A stretch of DNA of 64,000 nucleotides, taken from positions 8,308,001 to 8,372,000 of the forward strand of contig OZ176054.1 in the NCBI GenBank assembly GCA_964247055.1. Direction: 5' to 3'. Shown here one piece after another: positions 1 to 11,549 of this stretch (position 1 is its first letter; every line of letters begins with the position of its first letter). Source of the stretch: Paragordius varius (lineage: Eukaryota > Animalia > Nematomorpha). A program made the translations under genes and the position numbers. The notes below the pieces were generated by a model. That model saw only the letters and a list, made by a program, of their open reading frames with translations, did no database searches and was not told where the DNA came from.

Positions 1-988
1 TTAGAATTCTTGATAATATAAAAAAAATACTGAATAAAAAGAGTAATGACATTTCTAAAAGCTAATAGTCTAGCGTTAAAATTGGTAAAATATTGGTTCG
101 CCAATTGATAAACGCATTTTTACATAGTAATAATAATACCTCAGGACTGGATCGAAAAGCTTTAAATTTTAAACTAACTTAGTCATACTTAACTTACGCG
201 GTTGTAAAATCAATAGATAAAAAGAATAAACGAATTTCCATATTATCTAAATATTTTATGTGCATTACATAAACTACTAAACTCAAATAAAGTCGCATTT
301 TATTTATATCCTAACAAGTAGTGCAATCATTTCAAGGTAAGGTTCCTATCTCTGTAAAATACACCATCATGTATATATAACTTGGCTTCGAAGCTATAAA
401 TCGCCCATGTATGCGACTATATTATTTTAATAAAGTTGATTTTTTTCTTAATAGCAAAAACTTAGGAGCCTTTTACAAATAAACTCTATGGTCCCAACCC
501 TTGTCCACTACCATATAAATATAAAGAGCTTTGTAGCGCAAAACTTAAAAAATCATATAGATTTAAAAATGGTTTAATAATTCCCGTTTATGCTAAATTA
601 AAATTTCTTTAAATTAGCCGATTGTTAGCGGCCCATTCTATGAATAACAATTTAATTCACACAACATGCAAAAATATCATATGGTCAATTAAATGAATCA
701 AATACGGGAAGTTAATGAGCTCATTCCCTAAATTAGTTCTATAGGATTTACTCATTCGCATGGACTATAGCTTATGAGGGAACATATGTTTAAGGGAGGT
801 TAATGAGTTTTTGAGGCGGTAATTTTAATTTTTTTTATCAATATGATGGATAACACTTCTGTACGCGATTTATGTGTAGGTCTTATTAAAAATTATTTAT
901 AGATATCCGTGCATCTTTATGAATACCGTAAATAAATTTAGCAATGGCCAAAAGCTTTAGGCCTGGAAGGCTTTACCCAAAGAAATGG

Positions 989-1618
989 CCGATTTGGGAT
1001 ACAAACAACCAAGAGATATATGACAATATTCTTGAATTAAGCGCAAGCATGACCTGGCCCGTAGGACGGGGAATTAGGCTTCCCCCAAACGTGCAATTTA
1101 ATACATAACCACAAATCGCCGAAAATAGAAATCTACCTGGGGGTAGACTATCCCTTTATTCTATAATAAATCATTTTTTTTCATATTTAAAATAGACTGG
1201 AACCGGTGGGATACACACCTTCACATACAGAAATATAATTAGTATGATGTTCTACTAAAATTAAATAAAAAATACGGGATTTGGAGGGACAGGCTGTGTC
1301 ATTAAAATTATTATTTTAAGAATTAACATTTGTTTCTAAAAAGGACCATAAAACTAAATATAATGGATATACTCGCTCACATGCATAATATATTTATTTC
1401 TACATTTATTTAATATAAATACCTTTTCTAAACGCCGCTACTCTACCCCCAGGTTTCTATTTTTTGGCGATTTGCGGTAACGCATTAAATTACATATTCA
1501 TTTTTTGTCTGAGAAGTTTGGCGGAAGCCTAATTCCCCGTCCTACGGGCCAGGTCATGCTTGCGCATAATGCAAGAATATTGTCATACATCTCTTGGTTG
1601 TTTTGTATCCCAAATCGG
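989..1618. repeat. Long imperfect inverted repeat (arms ~989-1147 and ~1443-1618, ~295-bp spacer); foldback/MITE-like
   Basis: CCGATTTGGGATAC...CCTGGGGGTAG at 989-1147 is the reverse complement of CTACCCCCAGG...GTATCCCAAATCGG at 1443-1618, with a few substitutions and one indel. Confidence 0.8.
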
Positions 1619-2173
1619 GAAAATATTTGTATGACATATTCATGATTCGAAAAAAATATATATCAGCACCTATTATATTTAAAAATATTATGGTGCTTAA
1701 TAGCACGTACACCCCTTTTAAAGTTGGCATGTCCCATATACATACTATAGTAAAATAAGTTATTTATCTGACCATTTATTGCATAAATATATAAAAAAGC
1801 ACCAAAACCTAATAACCTTTAGTGAGCATTTGCACGAAAAATATTTTTTGATACAAGTTTAAACTTTCCATAACCTACCATATACATATATTAAATTTTT
1901 TTTTATTCAGGCTTATAGTTTTCAGATTCCAAAAATTATTTCTGATTCTCGAGATATCTGTTTTTGTAAAACCTTAATCCGGAAAACCCAGGCTCAAAAA
2001 TTTCTCCATCTCAACAGGATGAATCCGTGTGAATGAGCCCGCCCGGTTTAACAAACTCATTCACATGGGCTTAAATAACGCGACACGTCACAGGGTTTAT
2101 TTATTAGTTTCAGATAACAAAATAACTTTGTGTTGGAAAAATTTAGTTCAATAAAATACTAAGCTATTAAAAA

Positions 2174-2911
2174 CTATACTGATAACGAGGTTCCCAAAAC
2201 TAAAAGATAATGATGGAAAATAATTTGATTATTTATAAATCCGTAGGTATTTTGTGGAATATTTTCTCCTATAAAAATTACTCCAGGTTTCAACATATCA
2301 CTGTTACAATTATTACAAATTGGATTAGCAAAATCGTGTAAATCTTCATCGGATATTTGAGCATATGCATCAGGAGATATTTTGATAATTGTATATTTCC
2401 AATTTTTATTGGCATTTTGTAGAAAATCTTGAAGGGAATTCCTATCATAAGATTTTTTACAGTTCAAACAATAAACGGAATGAAAACTTCCATGCATTTG
2501 TACCAGTTTATCGTTAGATATTCCAGCTTTTTGATGTAAATCATCTACATTTTGAGTAATTAAAAAATTAGTGAACCCTTTGTTTATCCAATTAGCTAGG
2601 GTAAAATGAATATTATTTGGTTTTTTAGTTGTATAATATTCATAACCAATGTAATGACGCGCCCAAAATCTTTTACGATAAATTGGAGAATTAATAAATT
2701 CTTGATATGTTACAGGCTTGCGCATTTTTGGATTGTCTCCTGAATAAATACCTTTTAATGGAGATCGATAATCGGGAATTCCACTTTCAGTCGATATACC
2801 GGCCCCAGTTAGGACCAATAATTTTTTATGTTTACATTTGGAGAAAAAAAGTAAGAGATCATTTAAATTTTTTGTAGTAAATAAAGTATATGTAGGAACA
2901 AATTTTTCCAT
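2174..2911 (-). CDS. SIRT4: NAD-dependent sirtuin, class II (SIRT4-like); C-terminal exon not located
   Basis: Motifs KFVP, LLVLTGAGISTESGIPDYRS, RFWAR, ITQNVDDLHQKAG, HGS, two CxxC zinc knuckles, KPGVIF and LGTSL. The ORF stops at a possible GTATAG donor. Confidence 0.85.
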   Translation of the reverse strand: MEKFVPTYTLFTTKNLNDLLLFFSKCKHKKLLVLTGAGISTESGIPDYRSPLKGIYSGDNPKMRKPVTYQEFINSPIYRKRFWARHYIGYEYYTTKKPNNIHFTLANWINKGFTNFLITQNVDDLHQKAGISNDKLVQMHGSFHSVYCLNCKKSYDRNSLQDFLQNANKNWKYTIIKISPDAYAQISDEDLHDFANPICNNCNSDMLKPGVIFIGENIPQNTYGFINNQIIFHHYLLVLGTSLSV

Positions 2912-3391
2912 AAAACATCATTTGTTTTTGCGACATTCATATAATTTAAAACCATGTTAAGCACATGGAAGAAAAAACAAAAAAGCTCAATAGCGGAGCA
3001 GAGATAACTTTTTGCGATTCGGACAAGATCGTCTGCCTCTAAGACTTCCGCTGAAAAATTGAAATTTAACAATCTTTAACACAAATGATATATGTATTAA
3101 ATCTGGAGCCAAGGAAAATATCCGCCATTAACTGAACCATATCAAATATTATTATATTTATATTATAGATTTTCCATCTTATACAGTGTACAAGCCAAAG
3201 AGGCCTATTACCCTGATGGAACGGTAACTCGGAAATGAATTCTTTTATAAAAAAGTTGAGTATATCGAGAAACTTCAGTTATGTGGGGGAACGGTACCTA
3301 TGTCACAGGACAGTAAAAGATAGGTTTTTTAATTTTTTTATACATAAATATCTAAATATATATTTGATCTAGTAAAGTTATATTCATATAT

Positions 3392-4775
3392 ATAATAAAG
3401 CTTTCTTGTAGTATCTAGTCTGTTTTTCACGAAATTTTTAGTGGCCCATCTTTAGATATGGTAACACCTAAATATCTTTTTTCTTGTATTTGTTTAAAGG
3501 GTATGTCACAGTTGTGACAATAAGATATGATTTGAGTTTAATCTAGAATAATCCTTAAGCCCTTCATGCTAGCATAAGTTGTGAAAATGTCGTATAAGAG
3601 AGTCTTAAATTATTGTGAATAGAAGCACACAAAACAATATCATCCGCGTAGCAGACAATAGTGAGATGTTCTGGGGCCACCATATTATTGTATTCTGCTA
3701 GTGTTTATTTATTATATTTTGTATAACCACGTTGAAGTGTAATGGGGAGAGTATACACCCTTGTTTGGTGCCTCTATTGAGTTGGAAGGGTTGTGACTAC
3801 GAGTTATTTATTTTTGTAATGACTTGAGTAGATTTTTTGTAATATCCGAATGTAAAATTTGTCAACTTTGGCTGCTGTCAGAGCATGCCATATTTCAGAT
3901 TGTTTGATGCTATCGAAAGCCGATTTGAAAATGAATAGAAAGTGGTTATTTTTTTTGTAAGTTTTTGTTTTTTCGGGCATTATTTTAATAGCAAACGCCG
4001 GTTCTTTTGCATTCTTTTATCTCTAAACCCAGTTATGTGAATTGTGAAGTATGTTTCGAGTTGAGTTTTTATCCTCTCATGTAAAATAAATGTAGAAATT
4101 TTGTAAAAACAATTGTTAAAGCAATTGATCGAAATTAATTAAAGTTATTGGCTGTCTTGTGTTTTGGAATATTGATTATGACCGACGTATTCCATGCTGA
4201 AGGGAATATCTGATTTTCCCATATTTTTAAAAAAATATCATACAGAATTGGGGTGATTGATTTTGTATTATATTTACCAGTTCATTTGGGATTGAGTCTA
4301 TCCCTAGCGTTTTATACTTTTTGAGTAAAACAATAGTACGTTCAATTTCTCCATAACTGGGTTCTGGTGGAGTGTTGGTGTAAGGAATGTATGATGGATC
4401 ATAAGGTTCATTTGATTCATACAATGAGCTGTAAAGATGAATTGATTTCTATATTGTTAATATTAAGTTTTTGTATGAGACAATTCTTAGTAAAAGGTAT
4501 TGTCAGATATCGGATCTTTTTATATCCCTCATAGGGTTTATTATTATAAAATTTTAAGTTGATTTGATTACAGAAGTGAGCTCTAAATGCTCGTCTATCC
4601 TTACGAAGGGAACGCAATAACTGATGTAATAGTTTACGGTTGGTATAATAACAATTGCTATGATTGATTGTTTGCATGAGATTTAGCTATCCATACATTT
4701 TTTTGGGTATCTTTTCCATCAGCAGGTGTGAAGCGCGTCATGTATAGTATTTTGTAAAGTGTGGACTCCTTTTTT
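3392..4775 (-). mobile_element. Degenerate non-LTR retrotransposon (APE-RT LINE) internal fragment, inverted relative to the copy at 5018-8143
   Basis: Reverse complement aligns closely to ~6370-7410, including the GTKQGC...LLFNVV and YADD coding regions. It carries ~300 bp missing from the plus copy. Confidence 0.85.
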
Positions 4776-5017
4776 TGACATAATCATATCGTCATATCAT
4801 ATTTATACCCTATTTTCTCCTTTCAAAAGATGTAAGTTCGTTATAGCTTTCCGTCCGTTATATATATATATATATTTTGAGAGAATCTAGGTCTTTTTGA
4901 ATAGTGTGCCAGATTTTATAAGGTTTATTTTTTTTCTTTTTTAGTTAAATATGATTACAGTCTGCCTTTTAATTATCGTCTGAATATTTTTTTTTTTTTC
5001 TCTTTTATAATTTTGAC

Positions 5018-8000
5018 ATGTACTTAAAATTAATCTCACTTAATATCAACTCAATTAACAACAAACTTTCTCTCATAATGCACATAAAGATGTTAGAGGA
5101 AAAAAATATTCGTATCAGCAAACAAAAACCATGCAGGAGTGGCTTTCTTAGTAAAATTGAGTAAGTTATATCTAATAAAAGATGTACAATATATTAATGA
5201 ACGAATCATTGTACTTGTTTTCAGAACAGTCCAACCCATTTATCTAATATCAATATATGTGCCAAAAACCTATGAACAACCTTTATTTTCTTAATTACTT
5301 CAAAAATTTTTGCAATCGTTATCGAATCGTAATATGAAAATGATTGTTGGAGACTTCAATATACGAATAAATACAAATAATGACCCGGAAGTTTTCGGCC
5401 CATATATGACAATGACAATAACACGGGGTGCACCCCTTTGTACAATTGGTGAACCAATTGTCAGAGTACCGTGAGCTATATAAGTATTGGGAAAAAACTT
5501 TTTAAGACTTTTTCATTAGAGGGGAAAAAAATAAAAGAAATTTGTGCTTTGAAGATGGACAATTTATTATTATTTTAGGTGAAAACGCCAACTTTATAAA
5601 CAGCTTTACATTAAGGTATTATTGTTATTTTCGTTGATTTAATTTTTTTTAGTGATTTGCTTTTATTTTTATTTCTTTTTGTGTATGTGTGTGTGAGGGT
5701 TCCAATTATTCGGAAGTTTTTTATAAAGTATCTTTTTTAGTGCATGTTTATCCGGTAGTTGAATTGTTTGGACTTCACTGGAAATGGATGTGATTGCTTT
5801 TATTGTTTTAAACAGCCAGTCTTTTTTAAGATTACTATATTGTATTTTGGTATTTTTATTATTAGCCTTTGGGAAATTTCTAATTGTTTCACTAATTAGA
5901 TTATTAGGGTGTCGTTCAATGTGCCCTAATAACTCAATCCGTCTTATATGAATAAATGACAGGATTGGTGGCAGTTTCTCGGCCCATATATTAGCATTCA
6001 AAAACAATAAACACATGCTAATCTCTTACTTAACATTTGTTACGAATTTAACCTTTGCTTCGTCAATACTTATTTTAAAGAAAATTTAATCGCCCCCGCA
6101 ACGTTTCTTAAATCTGGCACCAATTATACAAGTACGATAGATCACTGTTTAATTAATCATAAATATATCTCATGGATAACTAAAGCATCCATTCTAACAC
6201 AAATTAAAATATCGATCTTCCTCTATCCCTGTCATTATACCTAATACAGCAGTTTGGAAGCAAACAGTCACATATAGGAAACTCTGTTACAACCTACGAA
6301 ATCCTATTTCAAATATACAATATATTAAATAAAGAAAATGAAGAATATCAGAGAAATAGATATAGAAGAACAAACTCACACTTTACAAAATACTATACAT
6401 GACTGCGCCTCACACCTGATGGAAAAGATACCCAAATAGAATGTATGGATAGCTGAAAATTCAATAAATCTCATGCAAACAATCAAACTCAAAAACTATA
6501 AAACGCTAGGGATAGACTCAATCCCAAATGAACTGGTAAATATAATACAAAAACCAATCACCCCAATTCTGTATGATATTTTTTAAAAATATGGGAAAAT
6601 CAGATATTCCCTTCAGCATTGAATACGTCGGTTATAATCAATATTCCAAAACACAAGACAGCCAATAACTTTAATCAATTTCGATCGATTGCTTTAACAA
6701 TTGTTTTTACAAATTTTTTACATGAGAGGATAAAAACTCAACTCTAAACATACTTTACAATTCACATAACTGGGTTTAGAGATAAAAGGAATGCAACAGA
6801 ACCGGCGTTTGCTATTAAAATAATGCCCGAAAAAACAAAAATTAAACAAAATAACCACTTTTTATTCATTTCAACGGCTTTCGATAGCATCAAACAATCT
6901 GAAATATGGCATGCTCTGATAGCAGCCAAAGTTGACAAATTTTACATTCGGATATTACAAAAAACCTACTATAATAGTCAAGCCATTACAAAGATAAATA
7001 ACTCGTACTCACAACCCTTCAAACTCAATAGAGGTACCAAACAAGGGTGTATACTCTCCCGATTACTCTTCAACGTGGTTATACAAAATATAATAAATAA
7101 AACACTAGCAGAATACAATAATATGGTGGCCCCAGAACATCTCACTAATATTGTCTGCTACGCGGATGATATTGTTTTGTGAGCTTCTACTCACAACAAT
7201 TTAATACTCTTATACGACATTTTCACAACTTATACTAGTATGAAGGGCTTAAGGATTAATCTAGAGAAAACTCAAATCATATCTTATTGTCACAACTGTA
7301 ACATACCCTTTAAATACATACAAGAAAAGAAATATTTAGGTGTTACCATATCTAAAGATGGTAACACTAAAAATTTCGTGGAAACTAGACTAGATATTAC
7401 AAGAAAGCTTTATTATAAATACAAAAAGATTTGGACTTCTAAAGAAATATCCACTAATACAACTATTTAAAACACTTGTTTTCTCGTCAATCATATATTG
7501 TCTAGAAATATGGGATGACAAGCAATACATAGTAAAACCGTTCCAAATGTTCGTTAACAACTCCCTCAGGAGTATAATTAGAAAGAAAAGGAAGAAAATA
7601 TCTAATAATAAACTATGGCCAAACTTCCACCAATCCTGTCATTTATTCATAAAAGATGAATTGAGTTATTAGGGCATATTGAACGACATCCTAATAATCT
7701 AATTAGTGAAACAATTAGAAATTTTCCAAAGGCTAATAATAAAAGTACTAACAATAAAGTAATCTTAAAAAACACTGGCTGTTCAAAACAATAAAAGCAA
7801 TCACACCCATTTCCAGAGAAGTCCAAACAATTCAACTACCGGATAAACATGCACTAAAAAAGATACTTTATAAAAAACTTCCAAATAATTGGAACCCTCA
7901 CACACACACAAAAAAAAATCAAATCACTAAAAAATTAAATCAACGGGAATAACAATAATACCTTATATAAAGATGGCGTTTCCCCTTAATATATTAAACC

Positions 8001-8143
8001 TTCTTAAAGTACAGGTATTATATAAGTTTTTTTTCTTTTTTCTTTTCTTTAATAAACTAATCCATTAACTTTAATTTTTTTAATGAAATAGTTTTAAAAA
8101 GTTTTTCCCAATACTAATATAGCTCACAGTTGCTATTGTCATT
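5018..8143 (+). mobile_element. Degenerate near-full ORF2 LINE (APE endonuclease + RT + 3' tail), RTE/L2-like
   Basis: EN motifs LKLISLNINS, GVAFLV, INERII, LISIYVP, IVGDFN, STIDHCLIN; RT motifs GTKQGCILSRLLFNVV, YADDIV, KYLGVTI; C-terminal LGHIER; (ATTGTC)-like tail near 8135. Many stops and frameshifts. Confidence 0.85.
5408..5978 (-). mobile_element. 5'-truncated copy of the same LINE inserted antisense into the EN domain of 5018-8143
   Basis: Reverse complement of ~7620-8143. Flanked by a 13-bp direct repeat TCGGCCCATATAT (5395-5407 and 5979-5991). Removing it rejoins the EN reading VFGPYI... Confidence 0.8.
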
Positions 8144-8225
8144 GTGTACTACCCTCCCCCTTAAAGTAAATTGCAAAATTTTTATTTTATACTTAAGATT
8201 ATGGACGGGTCCACCAAGGCCTTAT

Positions 8226-8566
8226 ATGAACCCTTATCCTGCACCTCAACCATATTGTCAACCACAACCTGTTTACAGGTCAAAATGTTCTCGTTTTATT
8301 TTCGATTATAATAAAAAAATATAAAAGATATAGACTTAAATACAAGTTTTACCTCAATTTTGCAGTTTTATTTCCAGTTAAAAATTGAACGATTGATATT
8401 GTGTATTAACTCACTAATCTTACTCATAAACTTTATTAGCAGACCTTGGTGGAATGATTGTTGGCTTTACACATTTTGTGCCACGTGCCGTGTTGTGGAT
8501 GTTGTGATCCCACATGTTGAGATCCAGCCTGCTGAAAATCCCGATTTATGTTGTGATCCCGGATAA
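8226..8566 (+). CDS. Small Pro/Gln/Tyr-rich plus Cys-rich peptide (CYSTM-like); possibly a pseudogene
   Basis: Exon 8226-8278 (MNPYPAPQPYCQPQPVY) splices in phase 2 via GT 8279 / AG 8439 to SRPWWNDCWLYTFCATC...; CCDP-type repeats are split between two frames. Confidence 0.35.
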
Positions 8567-11549
8567 AGTGATTGCTGTAAAAACACAAATCATTGTAAAT
8601 ATTTCGGTAAAATTTTAAATTTTATAAAGGACAAAAAGTAATTTTAATGAAAACAATTTTGTAGATTCCGGATTTTTTATATTTACCCAAACAAAATATA
8701 GTATTTATATATATATTAAAAAAGCCATATTTTTGGAGTATATAGCATTTATGATTAGAATTTTGTAATATAAAATTGGTTTATACAACAATCATGTTCC
8801 TTGTTGTTAAGTAGCCCAAAATGATAGATAAGATTTAATAAAATAAGGTAATTATAATACTAACTTTCTATGTTATTTTGTTCCAATTTTAATTTAAATT
8901 CTATAATAAAGAACTCAAATCAAAATATTGCAACCACATAACAACAAGTATTTATTGTCGAAACGAACACTCTCATTAAATATATAAAAAAATTCAATTT
9001 TTCCCATTTTCAGTATTTGAAAATTGAATTTTTATAATTATATTTGCTTATTGTCACACAAAACCCGTTCAAAAATTTTCATTTATTTATTTGATTATTA
9101 TGCAAAACAATGTGTGCCTTTAAAGACAAAAAAGTGTTGCAAATCTATTCTATACTACGCACGGAAATATATATATTTATTTTTATCGATAAATAAAAAG
9201 TATATTTTTATATATTTGCACATATATGTGACTCATAAATATAAACAGTTGATTCAAGGTTAATATTTGTATGAATTATTAATTATATATATATATATAT
9301 ATGGTGTATTACAAATATAATTTACCGGATCTATTAAGCTTCTTTGAAAAAAGTTTTTTGTCTTTTAGTATAAATGTGTGGTTATATATAAAAATTAATA
9401 TTAGTTTTGAATTTTAGTTAATTTTTATATTTGCCATTTATTCATTTTAGGTAAAATCAAATAAAATTTAATTTTCAGTTAACGGCAAAGTTTTTTGTAA
9501 GCAGATCGTTGTGATAGTGAGTTTTAAACATATCCGGAGTCATGGCAAAATTAAGAATGACCAGCCGACTTCTTAGCGCAATTTAACCCTATTTCGACAT
9601 AAAATTTTAATAAGGAACTGGAAGTTTTTTTAATATAGATAAAAATTAGAGATATAAAATTAGGCACTTTATTACCTTTTGAGTTGGTTTTCTATTCCCG
9701 TAAATTTACCATTCAAAAATCGAAAATCTTATTTGCCTAAATATAAAATATAGCCTTTTGGGCGCATTATACAAAAAAATATTTTTAGGGTGGTAGATTG
9801 TAAAAATCATCTTAAACTCTCCAATTCGGATTTCTCTATTTAACCCTATAAGTAATTGCTAAAATTATATAGCTAGCTCAAAATCCATAATTATATTTCG
9901 CAGCAAACATATTAATAATATTAAAGATTATCTGTTTGTTTTAGTTGGATTCAAAAAAAGCTTTTTACAAAAATATTTACCATAATAAGAGCAAATTCGC
10001 CTTTTTATAATTGAGTGAATTCCACAATCATGCAAATATCATCAGACAGCAACTTTTTTTGCCACCTCTACCAATCCAAATATCTTGCAAACCACAAGTC
10101 TTACCATCTGCGCTTTACCGAATTAAATAAAATTTGCCATATTTTTTAATTTTGAAAATATTTTGGATTATAAGGGCGGAAATAATTTTATTCAAAAATC
10201 TCATTGTAAAACAACATGCCTTAAATATTTTCTTACTCAAGTTTACACAGAGAGCTATATTTTTATTCTTAATTCATTCTGATAAGTTTCATTTTTTCCA
10301 TTTCTCCTAATTATTGAATGGGGTATCGTTCAAATCGAAGAATAAAATGAAACCAAAAATGTTAAAATCATTATATAAAGAATAGTGAGGAATAATTAAA
10401 ATAACACTAGTCGACAAATTTGGACATTTTTAAGCACCACCAATCAAACTTTCTAAATTATGACTAATTTCAGTGTTTTAAAACCGAATTTGAAAAAAAT
10501 TTTGATCCCGCCAATCAGAATTTTGAAATTTTATAGGTTTTTCAATTTTTCAAAAACAAGTGAAAATCGAGAGAAAATTAAATATAACTTTATAATAAAG
10601 TGTTATTATATTATGATTTAATATCATTTAATAAAGCGTTTTAAACTCTATCTTTTGAATATAAATATGTCATTTAAATATCAGAGAGAAAAAAATAGTA
10701 CGGACTTAAACGTCAAAATTTAGTCTTTTTTTTCAAGTAAATTTTTAACACATATAAAATTTTTTTAAAAAAATACTAAAAAAGGCATTCTATGGTTTAA
10801 ACCTTCGGCTTTCAGATAGGCTATATTTTTTTGTTAGATTTCGTTCTTTCGAGTACTTATTAGACTTTTTCTCTTGAGTTGGTTCTTATAAAAAATCCTT
10901 AATTTATACCTAGTGGATATACCTTATTTTCTTAAAATTATTGGTTGTTTTGTATTTTGAATTGTGTGGCCACTTTTAGTAGAATTTACTGTTATGGGGC
11001 CATTTGTATTTACCTAATTTATATTCAATTTAATTGTAGAATTTATCTAACTTTATTCTGTAAATTGGTTAATTGACATGTCAATTTGCCACGATTTTGC
11101 TTGCAAGTCTCTCTTATCGAACTTTACGATTACTTATTGTTATCTTTGCCATATCTGGCATAATTATAGGATCGCTTGGGGGATATGCAGAGCTTGTGCA
11201 GCCGCCCATATCTATCACACTATACATAAGCCCCTTTTAGATTTTTAATACTTTGGCTCTTAGCTTGTTTAGTATCTTATTTAATGCCTAGAATTTGTTA
11301 TACATGCATGGAATATTACTTGTATTAACTTGCTTGTTTGAATTTTTAAACATATGTACACGAGGAATGATTGTTATTTTTGAATTAAATACAAATTTAA
11401 AAATTAAATTTTGGAAAAATCCTATTGGTGGCCTCAATTTTCTTTTTTGTTTTGGCCTTTCCATGCCATTAGGTATCAGAAAATGCAAAGATAACGGGGA
11501 GGTGCAAAACTTTGTTGAGCAGTGTAATTATTAATTGCGCTCATTAAAT

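Noticed and set aside
2863-3330. Short ORFs and possible exons upstream of SIRT4
   Set aside because: No consistent splice model or recognisable motif.
8500-8570. Alternative genetic code (TGA or TAA reassigned)
   Set aside because: All conserved genes use standard stops and have no internal TGA/TAA once tiny introns are removed.
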